From positions 224,001 through 288,000 of the forward strand of contig CAWHAA010000004.1 of assembly GCA_963827275.1 (NCBI GenBank): DNA of 64,000 bases. Reading direction: 5' to 3'. The stretch is from an uncultured Spirochaetota bacterium. GTDB lineage: Bacteria > Spirochaetota > UBA4802 > UBA5550. The translations under genes were made by a program, and so were the position numbers. Positions 21,343 through 31,051 of this stretch are shown here, in pieces. The notes below the pieces were generated by a model, which made no database searches, had not been told where the DNA came from, and saw only the letters and a program-made list of their open reading frames with translations. The stretch's first letter is position 1. Each line of letters opens with the position of its first letter.

Positions 21343-22107
21343 ATGGGCTTTCTTGAGGTAGCGCACATCTGCCGCTCGTTCGGCGGCCTGCGCGCCGTGG
21401 ACGATGTCTCGTTCGAGGTCGGGAGGCACCAGATCAAGGCGGTCATCGGCCCGAACGGCGCCGGCAAGACCACCCTGTTCAACCTGATCACCGGCACGCT
21501 CAGGTGCGATTCGGGCGAGGCGCTCATCGACGGCGTTCCGATCCAGAACCAGCCGCCGCACCGGATCGCGCGCCGGGGCATCTCCCGGACGTTCCAGAAC
21601 ATCAAGCTGTTTTCCAACATGACGGTGCTCGAGAATGTCATGGTCGGGAGGCACATCCGGAGCCGCGCGGGGTTCGTGCAGGCGATGCTCCGCCTCCCCG
21701 GCGCGCGCCGCGAGGAGCGGGAGATACGGGAGCGGTCCCTGGAGATCCTCGAGGTCATGGAGATCGCGAACCTTGCCGACCAGGACGCGGCCAGCCTCCC
21801 GTTCGGCACGCAGCGGATCGTGGAGATCGCCCGGGCCCTGGCGACCGAGCCGGCCCTGCTGCTGCTGGACGAGCCCGCTGCCGGCCTGAACATTTACGAG
21901 ACGGCGCGGGTCTCAGAGATGATAACGAAGATCAGGGACCGCGGGGTCACCGTGCTGGTGATCGAGCACGACATGTCCCTCGTCATGAATATATCGGACG
22001 AGATAGTGGTGCTGTCTTCCGGGAAAAAGATCGCGGAGGGCGTGCCGGCCGACATCCAGAAGAACGAAGAGGTGATCCGCGTGTACCTGGGAGAGGACGA
22101 TGCTTAA
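21343..22107 (+). CDS. livG: HAAT ABC ATPase
   Basis: FGGLRAV, GPNGAGKTT, RTFQN, LLDEPAAGL, IEHDM, VIRVYLG. Confidence 0.95.
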   Translation: MGFLEVAHICRSFGGLRAVDDVSFEVGRHQIKAVIGPNGAGKTTLFNLITGTLRCDSGEALIDGVPIQNQPPHRIARRGISRTFQNIKLFSNMTVLENVMVGRHIRSRAGFVQAMLRLPGARREEREIRERSLEILEVMEIANLADQDAASLPFGTQRIVEIARALATEPALLLLDEPAAGLNIYETARVSEMITKIRDRGVTVLVIEHDMSLVMNISDEIVVLSSGKKIAEGVPADIQKNEEVIRVYLGEDDA

Positions 22108-22837
22108 GATACGGAACCTGTACTCGGGCTACGGCAACCTCCGCGTGCTGAAGGGGGTCTCGCTCCATGTTAACCCGGGCGAGATCGTGACCATCATCGG
22201 CGGGAACGGCTCGGGGAAGAGCACGCTCCTGTCGACCGTGGCGGGGATCGTCAGGGCGCAGGAGGGGGAGATCGTGTTCAACGGCCAGGAGATCGGCGGG
22301 CTGGCGCCGGAAACAATCGTCGCGGCCGGCTGTTCGCTCGTGCCGGAGGGGAGGATGATCTTCGACACCATGACCGTCAGGGAAAACCTGGTGCTCGGCG
22401 CCTATACCCGGATCCGCGGCGGCGGGCGTATGAGCGGGCTCGAGGCGGAGCTCGCGGTCATATTCGCGATGTTCCCGCGCCTGCTCGAGCGCGAGCGCCA
22501 GCTCGGGGGGACCCTCTCCGGCGGCGAACAGCAGATGCTGGCGATCGGGAGGGCGCTCATGGCGCGGCCGCGCCTCATCATGCTTGACGAGCCGTCCATG
22601 GGGCTGGCGCCGATAATCGTGAAGGGAATATTCGAGGAGATACGGAAGCTCAGGGACGCGGGGAACACGATACTGCTGGTCGAGCAGAACGCCCGCGCGG
22701 CGCTCAGGATCGCGGACCGCGGCTATGTCATCGAGACGGGCCAGATGGTGCTCGAGGGGACGTCGGAGGAGCTGCTGAACAACAACGATGTGCAGCGGGC
22801 GTATCTGGGCAAGGACTACAAGAGCATCAGCGAATAA
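22100..22837 (+). CDS. livF: HAAT ABC ATPase
   Basis: GGNGSGKST, VPEGR, LSGGEQQMLAIGRALM, LDEPSMGLAP, LVEQN. Confidence 0.95.
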   Translation: MLKIRNLYSGYGNLRVLKGVSLHVNPGEIVTIIGGNGSGKSTLLSTVAGIVRAQEGEIVFNGQEIGGLAPETIVAAGCSLVPEGRMIFDTMTVRENLVLGAYTRIRGGGRMSGLEAELAVIFAMFPRLLERERQLGGTLSGGEQQMLAIGRALMARPRLIMLDEPSMGLAPIIVKGIFEEIRKLRDAGNTILLVEQNARAALRIADRGYVIETGQMVLEGTSEELLNNNDVQRAYLGKDYKSISE

Positions 22838-22878
22838 CCATCGCTCCGCGAGGGGCGGGTAATACCGGGGGGTGGCCT

Positions 22879-24183
22879 ATGATCTACAACGCCAAGTATG
22901 AGCAGATGCCGCGCGAGGAGCTCCAGCAGCTCCAGATTGAACGGCTCCAGAGCACCCTGAACAGGGTGTACCGCAATGTGGCATTTTACAAGGACTCGTT
23001 CGACGAGAACAGGATCGACATCGGGAAGATCCGGAGCCTCGGCGACATGCGCCAGCTCCCCTTCACCACGAAGGAAGACCTGAGAAGGAGCTATCCCTAC
23101 AATATGTTCGCCGTCCCCCTCCGGGACATCGTGCGCATACACTCCACGACCGGGAGGACCGGCAAGCCCATCGCCATCGGCTACACCAGGAACGACATTC
23201 TCCACTGGTCGGAGCTGGTCGCCCGTGTGCTCGCCGGTACCGGCATCACCGACAATGATTTCGTCCAGCTGGCCTTCGATTACAACATGTTCACCGGCGG
23301 GCTCGGGCTCCATTACGGCGCGGAGAAGATCGGCGCCTCGGTGATCCCCTCGTCACAGTCGGGGAACGTGCAGCGGCAGATACACATCATGAAGGACTAC
23401 AAGACCACGGTGCTCCTGTCAACGCCCAGCTACGCGCTCCGCATCGCCGGCAATTTGAAGGAGATGGGCATCCACCCCGACGAGCTGAACCTGAAGATCG
23501 GCATCTTCGGCGCCGAGCCGTGGAGCGATTCGATGAGGACCAGGATCGAGGACCGCCTCCACCTGAAGGCCTTCAATATCTACGGCATCAACGAAATGAT
23601 GGGCCCCGGCCTGTCGGGCGAGTGCCGTGAGCGGAACGGCCTCCATATCAACGAGGACCACTATATCGTCGAGATCATCGATCCGCTCACCTGGGAGCCC
23701 CTTCCGAACGGCACCGAGGGAGAGCTGGTTATCACCACCATCACACGGGAGGGCTTCCCCCTGATCCGCTACCGCACCGGCGACCTCTCGATGATCATGG
23801 AAGAACCCTGTCCCTGCGGCCGCACGACCCTGCGCATGCGCCGTGTCGCGGCACGTTCGGACGACATGGTCGTCATCAACGGGATCAATGTCTTCCCGGT
23901 GCAGGTCGGCGAGACGCTGAAGAAAAGCACCGGGTACGATCCCCGCTTCCAGATAATCATCGAGGACGTGGACGGCGAGGACGTGATGGAGATTCAGGTC
24001 GAGGTCCTTGAAAAAATGTTCGATGACGAGGTCAAGAAGCTCATGGCCCTTAAGGGCGCCATCGCCACCGGTATCGAGCGCGAGCTGGGCATTACGGCCC
24101 GGATCACCTTTGTCGAGCAGATGTCCCTGTTCCGGAGCGCGGAGGGAAGGGGAAGGGTCCGCCGCGTCATTGACAACCGGTAG
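22879..24183 (+). CDS. paaK: Phenylacetate-CoA ligase family protein
   Basis: LPFTTKEDLR, FTGGLGLHYGAE, GAEPWS, PLIRYRTGDL, RSDDM, RVID; P-loop reads STTGRTGKP. Confidence 0.9.
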   Translation: MIYNAKYEQMPREELQQLQIERLQSTLNRVYRNVAFYKDSFDENRIDIGKIRSLGDMRQLPFTTKEDLRRSYPYNMFAVPLRDIVRIHSTTGRTGKPIAIGYTRNDILHWSELVARVLAGTGITDNDFVQLAFDYNMFTGGLGLHYGAEKIGASVIPSSQSGNVQRQIHIMKDYKTTVLLSTPSYALRIAGNLKEMGIHPDELNLKIGIFGAEPWSDSMRTRIEDRLHLKAFNIYGINEMMGPGLSGECRERNGLHINEDHYIVEIIDPLTWEPLPNGTEGELVITTITREGFPLIRYRTGDLSMIMEEPCPCGRTTLRMRRVAARSDDMVVINGINVFPVQVGETLKKSTGYDPRFQIIIEDVDGEDVMEIQVEVLEKMFDDEVKKLMALKGAIATGIERELGITARITFVEQMSLFRSAEGRGRVRRVIDNR

Positions 24184-24199
24184 GCCGCGGCCCCCGGCC

Positions 24200-24568
24200 T
24201 CACTCGTCGAGAATGCGCACGGGCCCGCTGTTCAGAACGTCGAGAAGGCCGCGGTCGTCGGGACCGGCGGACTGCTCGAGCGACTGCATCAGGCGATACG
24301 CGTCGCTCTCGGAAATGACCTGCCCTTTCTTTTCAGTATAATTTCCGTCCCACTCGAACATTTCCCTGGACACGTGGAATATCATCCAGAGGTTGTAGAG
24401 GTAATCCGCCATGTCGTCATAGGCCTCGTCGACTTCATACGCGAAATCGTAGGAGGTGCCTTCGCTGTCCCAGCCGTTCCCGCGGGCCGCTTCGAGGAGC
24501 CCGCGCCAGCGGTCCTCGCGGCAGGCGGCGCTCTGGTGCGTGATGATGTTTTCTATCCTGTAGCCCAT
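24200..24568 (-). CDS. Hypothetical acidic protein
   Basis: 122-aa ORF with host-like codon usage filling the gap, convergent with paaK. Confidence 0.65.
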   Translation of the reverse strand: MGYRIENIITHQSAACREDRWRGLLEAARGNGWDSEGTSYDFAYEVDEAYDDMADYLYNLWMIFHVSREMFEWDGNYTEKKGQVISESDAYRLMQSLEQSAGPDDRGLLDVLNSGPVRILDE

Positions 24569-24826
24569 GGGGGTATGACATTGTATGCCGGATATAAAGT
24601 CAAAAATATTTTTTCCATCTCCTGGCGGGCCTGGGGGAAAGGGAAAAAAATCGCATAATTGGCGACGCCCCCCTATATTTTCTTGATTTATTTCTGATGA
24701 TTCGTGTAACTATCGTCAAGGACACTTCCGTCATTTCGGCGCGGTGGGTTTCCCGGCCCGGGAAAAACCGGCCGGCGGACGCTGGACCTGTAAAATATAA
24801 AAATAAGTCCCATGGAGGCGGCGCAG

Positions 24827-25756
24827 ATGAATAAGATCGGGCTCATCATCAATCCCCATGCCCGCGGGGTAAAAAAAATGAACATCAATCCTCACGAGTT
24901 TTTTTCCAGGATAGCCGGGGGATATGCCGACGTGCGGGTCACCAACAGCGTCGCGGAGATCGACCCGGTAATCAAAGAATTCAAAAAGCTCGGCATCCCG
25001 TATGTCGGGGTCTGCGGGGGGGACGGCTCCCACCACCATATACTTTCCCGGATGATCAATATCTATAAAAAAGAGCCGGTGCCGCCGGTCCTTCACCTCC
25101 GGGCCGGCACCATGAACACCCAGCCGCGCACCATAAATCTGAAAGGAAAGCCTGACCAGATACTGAAGCGGCTTGTCGCGATACTGAAAGACAACGGGAC
25201 GCCGAAGACCTTTGTCCGCGACACCATCAGGGTGAATGACCTGTACTGCTTTCTTTTCGGCACGGGGATGAGCGCGAATTTTTTATACGAGTATTACCGG
25301 GGCGAGGGGACCGGCCCCAGGAAGGCGCTGCAGACGATCTGGCTGGCGGTCAAGGGCGCTGCCTTCGGGGCCGATGTCGGCACGCTGTTTGACCGTCTTG
25401 AATGCACGGTGGTCATCGACGGGAAGACGGTCCCGCACAATGACTTTATCGCGGTGCTTGCCGGGACCATCGATGATATCGGGATCGGGTTCAAGCCGCT
25501 GTACCGGGCCTATGAAAAAGAGGGGACGTTCCATGTGCTTTCAGTCGGGTGCCAGCCTTCCGATGTCGTGAAGAACCTCCCGAGCATCAGGACCGGGAAG
25601 CCGATCAAGCACCCGTACCTGTTTGACGACATTGGCAGGAAGCTGACGATATCATCGGATAAAAAGATGCTCTATACCATGGACGGCGACCTGTACGAGG
25701 CGGAGCACACGCTGACGGCCGAGGCCGGTCCGCAGGTGCGGCTCGTGTACGTGTAA
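24827..25756 (+). CDS. Diacylglycerol/lipid kinase family protein
   Basis: IINP, CGGDGS, LRAGTMN, YTMDGDL motifs; GGAGG RBS. Confidence 0.88.
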   Translation: MNKIGLIINPHARGVKKMNINPHEFFSRIAGGYADVRVTNSVAEIDPVIKEFKKLGIPYVGVCGGDGSHHHILSRMINIYKKEPVPPVLHLRAGTMNTQPRTINLKGKPDQILKRLVAILKDNGTPKTFVRDTIRVNDLYCFLFGTGMSANFLYEYYRGEGTGPRKALQTIWLAVKGAAFGADVGTLFDRLECTVVIDGKTVPHNDFIAVLAGTIDDIGIGFKPLYRAYEKEGTFHVLSVGCQPSDVVKNLPSIRTGKPIKHPYLFDDIGRKLTISSDKKMLYTMDGDLYEAEHTLTAEAGPQVRLVYV

Positions 25757-25776
25757 AAAACGTTTGGTGTTCGATG

Positions 25777-25880
25777 TTCCCCTCCCTTGATGGGAGGGGA
25801 GAGGGGAGGGTGATTTTCAGCAGTTCGGCAGATACAGATTCTTCCCCGCCGCCTGTCCTCCCCCATCAGGGGGGAGGGGT
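25777..25880. repeat. Inverted pair of REP-like palindromes (REPIN-like)
   Basis: TTCCCCTCCCTTGATGGGAGGGGAGAGGGGAGGGTGA and a diverged reverse-complement copy ...CCTCCCCCATCAGGGGGGAGGGG, between convergent genes. Confidence 0.7.
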
Positions 25881-25888
25881 TCTTCATT

Positions 25889-27682
25889 TCAGTTTCCGGC
25901 CCGGTCCTCTGCCTCACGGTACGCCCGGAATGCCTCCTGGATCGGTGAGGAAGCCGCCCGTGCTGCGGCGCGTTCCGGTAACGACCCCCTGTCGGGGAAA
26001 TGCGCGGTCCTGCTTTTCGGCTGATGGACCACCCCCTCGCGCCCGATCATGTTGCTCGCGAGTATCCTTAGTTTCTCCACTGCGGCGGTGATTACCAGTA
26101 CGAGGGAGACCATCCTCTGCTTGAAATCGGGGGGCCCCAGCACCTCCCTGAACATCGTCATGGCGAAGCGCGCTTTGCGCCGCTGCCTGCGGTTGGGCGC
26201 GTAGACCCATGCGGGCAGGAGCACGGGCCGGACGTTTTCAGCGATCCGCCGCATCATTGTTATCCGCAGCTCCATGAACTCGTCGGGCACCCGGCCGGCG
26301 CTTTTAACATAGCGCAGCGCTTCCTGGTCCCACGCCATGCCCTCGGCCTGCCGCTTCCGGTGTTCATCGCGGTTGTTCCTGTATCCGCGGAGCGCTGTTA
26401 TGGCCATGTTGAGCACGCCGGGGCCGTCAACCAGGTACTTTTTCCGGAAGGCGTTGCGGAGATAGCTGACATGGTCCTTCCGGTCGTTGAAATGCGGGTG
26501 CGTGAAGAAGAGCTCGCCGGCGCCGTGCTGGTGTCGGTAGGGCAGGTCCTTGAGGCGCTGCTCCTCCTTGAGCTCCTCGTAGAGCCGCGTGCCGGCAAGC
26601 GGCGTGTAATTCATGAACTGTATGAAGTCCGAGCCGAGGCCGATCACGAAATCGATATCATCGTGTATCGTTTTTTCGTCATGGTGGTCATGGAAGAGGA
26701 TGGTCGAGGCGTTCACGGTTATGCCCCGTGCCTGAAGTTCCCCGAAGAGCTTCTTTAAATCTATCCCCCTGGTCTTGTCATGGTCGTTGTGCTTTGATTC
26801 GACCCCCACCCATATCATCCGCACGCCGAGCCGCACCAGGAAATCGACGCCGAATTTTTTTATCACCTCGGCCGAGGAAAAGATGTCAAATACGTAGGGC
26901 TTTTTCCTCCCGGTCATGATCTTCAGCAGGTCCTTCGCCCGCTGCGTCTGCTTCAGGAAGTTTTCGTCAAGGATGGTGAAGCCCCTCGATCCCAGCTCTG
27001 ACTCGCTCCGCGCGCAGGCGTTGAAGATGTCTTCCCCGGTCGGGAGCAGGGAGTGATACTGCTTGTTGAACTGGTGCGATGTTATGCAGAACTTGCAGCC
27101 GTTTTCACAGCCGACGCCGGGCATGAGGATCGCGCCGCTCGGCTTGCCCTTCGCGCCGTACAGGTACGCGTAGGCCGGGCCCAGCACCGCGGGGTGCTTC
27201 ACCGGCGCGTCCGGGTCGTCCCCGAAGTACGCGCGGAGCCACCGGACCCCCTCCCCCTTGCATACCGCGTCATGGGGCACGTAATCCTGTAAATCGGGGA
27301 TGATGGTCCCGTATCCGCCGAGGATTATCTTTGTTTCCGGATAGTGTGTGCGCACGTATTCGGCCATCCTCTGCGCCTTCAACACGTTGGGCACGATGAA
27401 ATTTATCCCGATGTGGGTGTAGCCCTTAGCAAGCTCCTTTTTGAAGTCGCGCCATGACGGAAAATCAAGAACCGTCGTTTCGACGGAGATGTTCTCCGCC
27501 AGCAGGTAGAGCGGGAATGTCCAGTAGGACTGCCGCGGTGAGTGCACACCCTGCATCCTTGTGATCTGGTTGTTCAGGAGCTCCATCTGCATGCCGAGCG
27601 ATTCGGCATACCTGTTTTTGATGCCGTACGGACCGAAGACCGCCGTCAGCAATAACCTGTTGTTGCGCATAACACACTCCAT
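25889..27682 (-). CDS. B12-binding-domain radical SAM protein
   Basis: N-terminal cobalamin-binding-like Rossmann segment (KIILGGYG), CENGCKFC (CxxxCxxC), ILDENF, WVGVES, YTPLAGT; start at 27682 or 27670. Confidence 0.9.
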   Translation of the reverse strand: MECVMRNNRLLLTAVFGPYGIKNRYAESLGMQMELLNNQITRMQGVHSPRQSYWTFPLYLLAENISVETTVLDFPSWRDFKKELAKGYTHIGINFIVPNVLKAQRMAEYVRTHYPETKIILGGYGTIIPDLQDYVPHDAVCKGEGVRWLRAYFGDDPDAPVKHPAVLGPAYAYLYGAKGKPSGAILMPGVGCENGCKFCITSHQFNKQYHSLLPTGEDIFNACARSESELGSRGFTILDENFLKQTQRAKDLLKIMTGRKKPYVFDIFSSAEVIKKFGVDFLVRLGVRMIWVGVESKHNDHDKTRGIDLKKLFGELQARGITVNASTILFHDHHDEKTIHDDIDFVIGLGSDFIQFMNYTPLAGTRLYEELKEEQRLKDLPYRHQHGAGELFFTHPHFNDRKDHVSYLRNAFRKKYLVDGPGVLNMAITALRGYRNNRDEHRKRQAEGMAWDQEALRYVKSAGRVPDEFMELRITMMRRIAENVRPVLLPAWVYAPNRRQRRKARFAMTMFREVLGPPDFKQRMVSLVLVITAAVEKLRILASNMIGREGVVHQPKSRTAHFPDRGSLPERAAARAASSPIQEAFRAYREAEDRAGN

Positions 27683-27823
27683 GATCCTTTCGCGGATTGA
27701 TCTTTTTCTGCCGCTGATGGATGAAAAATTATAGCGATGAACAATTAAAAGGTATGGACAGGTGTTTCCGTCAGCGGGTTGCAAAAAAAGATAAATAATT
27801 ACACAGCGGGGTTGTATACAGTA

Positions 27824-28034
27824 TTTTCCACCACAGGGGACGCAGCAGTCGCGGAGCGCTGGAGGTATAATCATATCAATGCGTTCAATTACGTATTTGA
27901 CAATTAATTATACGAGGAATAATAACAGATGCGGTTGAAAGAGATGAGTGGCGAGTGACAACCGATGCTCCGTGACCTCTGTGGCGAATTTTTTAATGCG
28001 CGTTTGAACGAAATTCAGTATTTCACCACAGAGG
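27824..28034. repeat. Degenerate CACCACAGAG-type extragenic repeats
   Basis: TTTTCCACCACAGGGGACGCAG (27824), inverted CTCCGTGACCTCTGTGGCGAA (27968), TTTCACCACAGAGG (28021), with AT-rich spacers. Confidence 0.6.
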
Positions 28035-28045
28035 TTTGTGTCACA

Positions 28046-29476
28046 CTATCTGGTCCCGCCTTTTTGCCTGTCGGCGCCCCTCGGCCCGCGGTCGATCCTG
28101 ACATCGCCGTTGCCTCGTTGTCCGCGGTCGATCTTGATGTCGTTGCCGCCTCTCTGGCCACGATCAATTTTTATGTCCTGACCGCTCCTCTGGCCGCGGT
28201 CGATCCTGACATCGCCGCCGCCTCTTTGTCCACGGTCGATCCTGATGTCGCTGCCGCCTCTCTGGCCGCGGTCGATCCTGACATCGCCGCCGCCTCGTTG
28301 CCCGCGGTCGATCTTGATGTCGCTGCCGCCTCTCTGGCCGCGATCAATTTTTATGTCCTGGCCGCCCTTCTGGCCGCGGTCGGTCTTGCTGTCAGTACCG
28401 CCTCGTTGTCCGCGGTCACCCCTGAAATGTTTATCATCCGGGGGGTTGGGGCCGCCCTTGTATTCACGGTCGCTCCGGTAATCTATGACGCCCTTGCGGC
28501 GGTTGCCGCCCCTGCTGTCCCGGTCGATTGTACCATGCTTGCCGTCATTGCCCGCGCGGTAGCCCGCGTCATCCCCACGGGCATGTTTTCCCGTGTATTT
28601 TGTGCGGTTTACATCCTGCCGGCCCTGGCGGTAGCGGTCGGGGTTGCCCTTCCAGCGCTCGTGCATCGCGACCATGTGCGGCCTGTGTATGATCCGCTCC
28701 TGTATTGCGTGCCGGCGGTATTTGTATATCTCGCCGAGGTGCCCGGTGTGCCGCTCAAACAGCGGGCGGTTGCCGTACGCGATCTTCACGATTGCCGGGT
28801 GGCGGTGTATCCATGCGTGGTGCCGGTAGTAGCGGTCGTACACGTCAGGGTAGCGGACGAAGAACACGTAGTTCCTGTATATCTCGCGGGCGATGTACGG
28901 GTGCCCGATAAACCAGTCGTCGTGGTAGTATATCTCCATGGTCAGCCGGGGATACCTGACCAGGAACGGCCGGTTGAGCACGATGACATACGCAATCTTC
29001 GGGAACCGGTACCAGAACCCGTAATTGAGGTAGATGCGCGCCGCGAAGCGCGGGTGCGCATCAATCCAGACGAAATCGGAGCAGATGGACCAGATGACCG
29101 ACGGGTGCGCTTCGAGCCATTCGAGCTCCTTGATGCGCTCGGCGTACTTTTCCGGATTCTCCTTTATGTCTTCGACAAGGGCCCTGTCTTCCCGGGAGAG
29201 TTCGGGCTTTTCCGCGTCCTCGCTGCCCTGTGTATCGGCTGAATCGTCGATCTGCTGGATGTCGTCCAGCATCTCGTCAATCTGCTCGTCGGTGTAATTC
29301 TCCGGCATCTTCTCCGGAATGTTGACAAGCATTTCGTTAACATTGACGCTTTCATCGGCATAAGAGGCCCCTGAAGAGAGAAGGCCGCCTGGGATGAAGA
29401 TGAGCGCGGCCAGTGCCAGCGCCAGGCGCAGCCTCATTGAATAGAGCAATTTCCCCTGTGTCATCGTTTTCTCCAT
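28046..29476 (-). CDS. Secreted protein with 17-aa aromatic repeats and a 12-aa RG-rich repeat tail
   Basis: Signal peptide ending ASYA, acidic N-terminal region, 8x17-aa repeats, 9x12-aa DRGQRGGxD(I/V)(K/R)I repeats; start could be 29476, 29464 or later. Confidence 0.85.
   Translation of the reverse strand: MEKTMTQGKLLYSMRLRLALALAALIFIPGGLLSSGASYADESVNVNEMLVNIPEKMPENYTDEQIDEMLDDIQQIDDSADTQGSEDAEKPELSREDRALVEDIKENPEKYAERIKELEWLEAHPSVIWSICSDFVWIDAHPRFAARIYLNYGFWYRFPKIAYVIVLNRPFLVRYPRLTMEIYYHDDWFIGHPYIAREIYRNYVFFVRYPDVYDRYYRHHAWIHRHPAIVKIAYGNRPLFERHTGHLGEIYKYRRHAIQERIIHRPHMVAMHERWKGNPDRYRQGRQDVNRTKYTGKHARGDDAGYRAGNDGKHGTIDRDSRGGNRRKGVIDYRSDREYKGGPNPPDDKHFRGDRGQRGGTDSKTDRGQKGGQDIKIDRGQRGGSDIKIDRGQRGGGDVRIDRGQRGGSDIRIDRGQRGGGDVRIDRGQRSGQDIKIDRGQRGGNDIKIDRGQRGNGDVRIDRGPRGADRQKGGTR
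28085..28417 (-). repeat. 36-bp coding tandem repeat, 9 units plus a partial unit
   Basis: CCGCGGTCGATC-type anchor recurs every 36 bp; the variant CGATCAATTTTTATGTCCTG recurs at 28161 and 28341 (180 bp apart). Confidence 0.92.
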
Positions 29477-29794
29477 GTATAAAATTTGTCCCACGTATTC
29501 AATCCGTAACAGCATATTATCATGATTTCTTCAAAACAGCTATTAGACCTGCGGGATTTATTAAAAGTTCCAAATAAATCATTATTTTTTATTCTCCCCG
29601 TGACGCCGCGGGTGTCAGGAATGACCTGTCCGCAGGCCCCACGGCCCACTGCGGGGAGCGGTAAAAAAATTGATGCCCCATGGTCTCCGGGTCATTCGGT
29701 GATGGGTAAAGTTATTATTTGACAAAAAAAAGTATAGCCGTATGAATGAAATGGAAGGATGCCTGTTTAAACTAGGGCCAGGAGAGCTGCCGGC

Positions 29795-31051
29795 ATGAAT
29801 GACACGACCATCAATAACGCGCATCGGGCGGAACCGAAACAGAAACTCGACAGGAACGTGCTCCTCACCGGGCTCACGTCATTTTTCACTGACATCTCCA
29901 CCGAGATGATATACCCGCTCCTCCAGGCCTTCATCGCGATGATCATGACCGCCCAGAAGGCGCTCCTGGGCCCGGTGCTCGGCATCATCGAGGGGATAGC
30001 GGAATCGACCGCGAGCATATTAAAGGTGTTCGCCGGGTACTACTCCGACCGCATCGAAAGGCGCAAGGCCCCGGCGATTGCCGGGTATGCCCTGTCGGCC
30101 GTGTCTAAAGCGCTCCTGTTTGCCGCATCCGCCGGATGGGCGTTCGTGCTCCTCTCGCGGTTTTTCGACCGGGTGGGCAAGGGTATACGGACCGCGCCGC
30201 GCGACGCCCTGATATCGGAATCCACGCCGAAGGAGATGCAGGGCCGGGCCTTCGGGTTCCAGCGGGGGATGGACTTTGCCGGCGCTTTCCTCGGCGCGGT
30301 CATCTGCTACTTCATCGTGTCGGCCTACCTTGACCCGGCGACAAAGACCCTGCGGGACCTGGACGCGTTTTATCTCCTCTTCCTGATCTCGCTCGTCCCG
30401 GCGTTCATCGGAGTAGTGTTCCTGTTCTTCATCAAAGAGAAAAAGAGCGCGGCGCCGAACGGCAATGCGAAGCCGAAGCCAAACCTTGACATACGGAAGT
30501 ATGACGGGAACCTCCGCATCTTCTTCCTGGCGCAGCTCCTGTTCACCCTGGGAAATTCCTCCAATCAGTTCCTGCTCCTCAGGAGCATGGACCTGGGCTA
30601 CCTCCTCTCCTCGGTGATACTCATGTACATCCTGTTCAATCTGGCCACGACCCTGCTCTCCCCGCTGTTCGGGTCGCTGTCCGACAGGATCGGGCGGAAG
30701 CGGCTCCTCATGACGGGCTATCTCCTCTATGCCGCGGTATATATCGCCTTCGGGTTCATCCCGCCGTCGGCCGGCTGGCTCCTCTGGGTCTTCTGGCCGC
30801 TCTACGGGATCTATTACGCCATGACGGAGGGCGTGGAAAAGGCCTTCGTCGCCGACCTGGCGCCGGCGGAATCGAAGGCAACGGCCCTCGGCTTTTACCA
30901 CACCATCATCGGCATCGGGCTGCTCCCCGCGAGCGTCATCGCCGGTTTCCTCTTCTCGGCGCAGCCGGGGCTTCCCTTTGTCTTTGGTGGCGGTATGGCG
31001 GTCCTGACCGTGCTGGTGCTCGGGTTCGGCGTGAAGGAGAAAAAAGCGTGA
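29795..31051 (+). CDS. MFS transporter
   Basis: SFFTDISTEMIYPLL, G..SDRI.RRK, DRVGKGIRTAPRDALI, LSDRIGRK; about 12 TM. Confidence 0.92.
   Translation: MNDTTINNAHRAEPKQKLDRNVLLTGLTSFFTDISTEMIYPLLQAFIAMIMTAQKALLGPVLGIIEGIAESTASILKVFAGYYSDRIERRKAPAIAGYALSAVSKALLFAASAGWAFVLLSRFFDRVGKGIRTAPRDALISESTPKEMQGRAFGFQRGMDFAGAFLGAVICYFIVSAYLDPATKTLRDLDAFYLLFLISLVPAFIGVVFLFFIKEKKSAAPNGNAKPKPNLDIRKYDGNLRIFFLAQLLFTLGNSSNQFLLLRSMDLGYLLSSVILMYILFNLATTLLSPLFGSLSDRIGRKRLLMTGYLLYAAVYIAFGFIPPSAGWLLWVFWPLYGIYYAMTEGVEKAFVADLAPAESKATALGFYHTIIGIGLLPASVIAGFLFSAQPGLPFVFGGGMAVLTVLVLGFGVKEKKA

Noticed and set aside
28085..28417. 36-bp periodic array as a CRISPR
   Set aside because: Units are contiguous with no unique spacers and vary mostly at synonymous positions, so it is a coding repeat
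27965..29242. 425-aa plus-strand ORF with AAVDPD repeats
   Set aside because: Antisense shadow of the repeat protein; the minus-strand ORF has the signal peptide and the 17-aa periodicity
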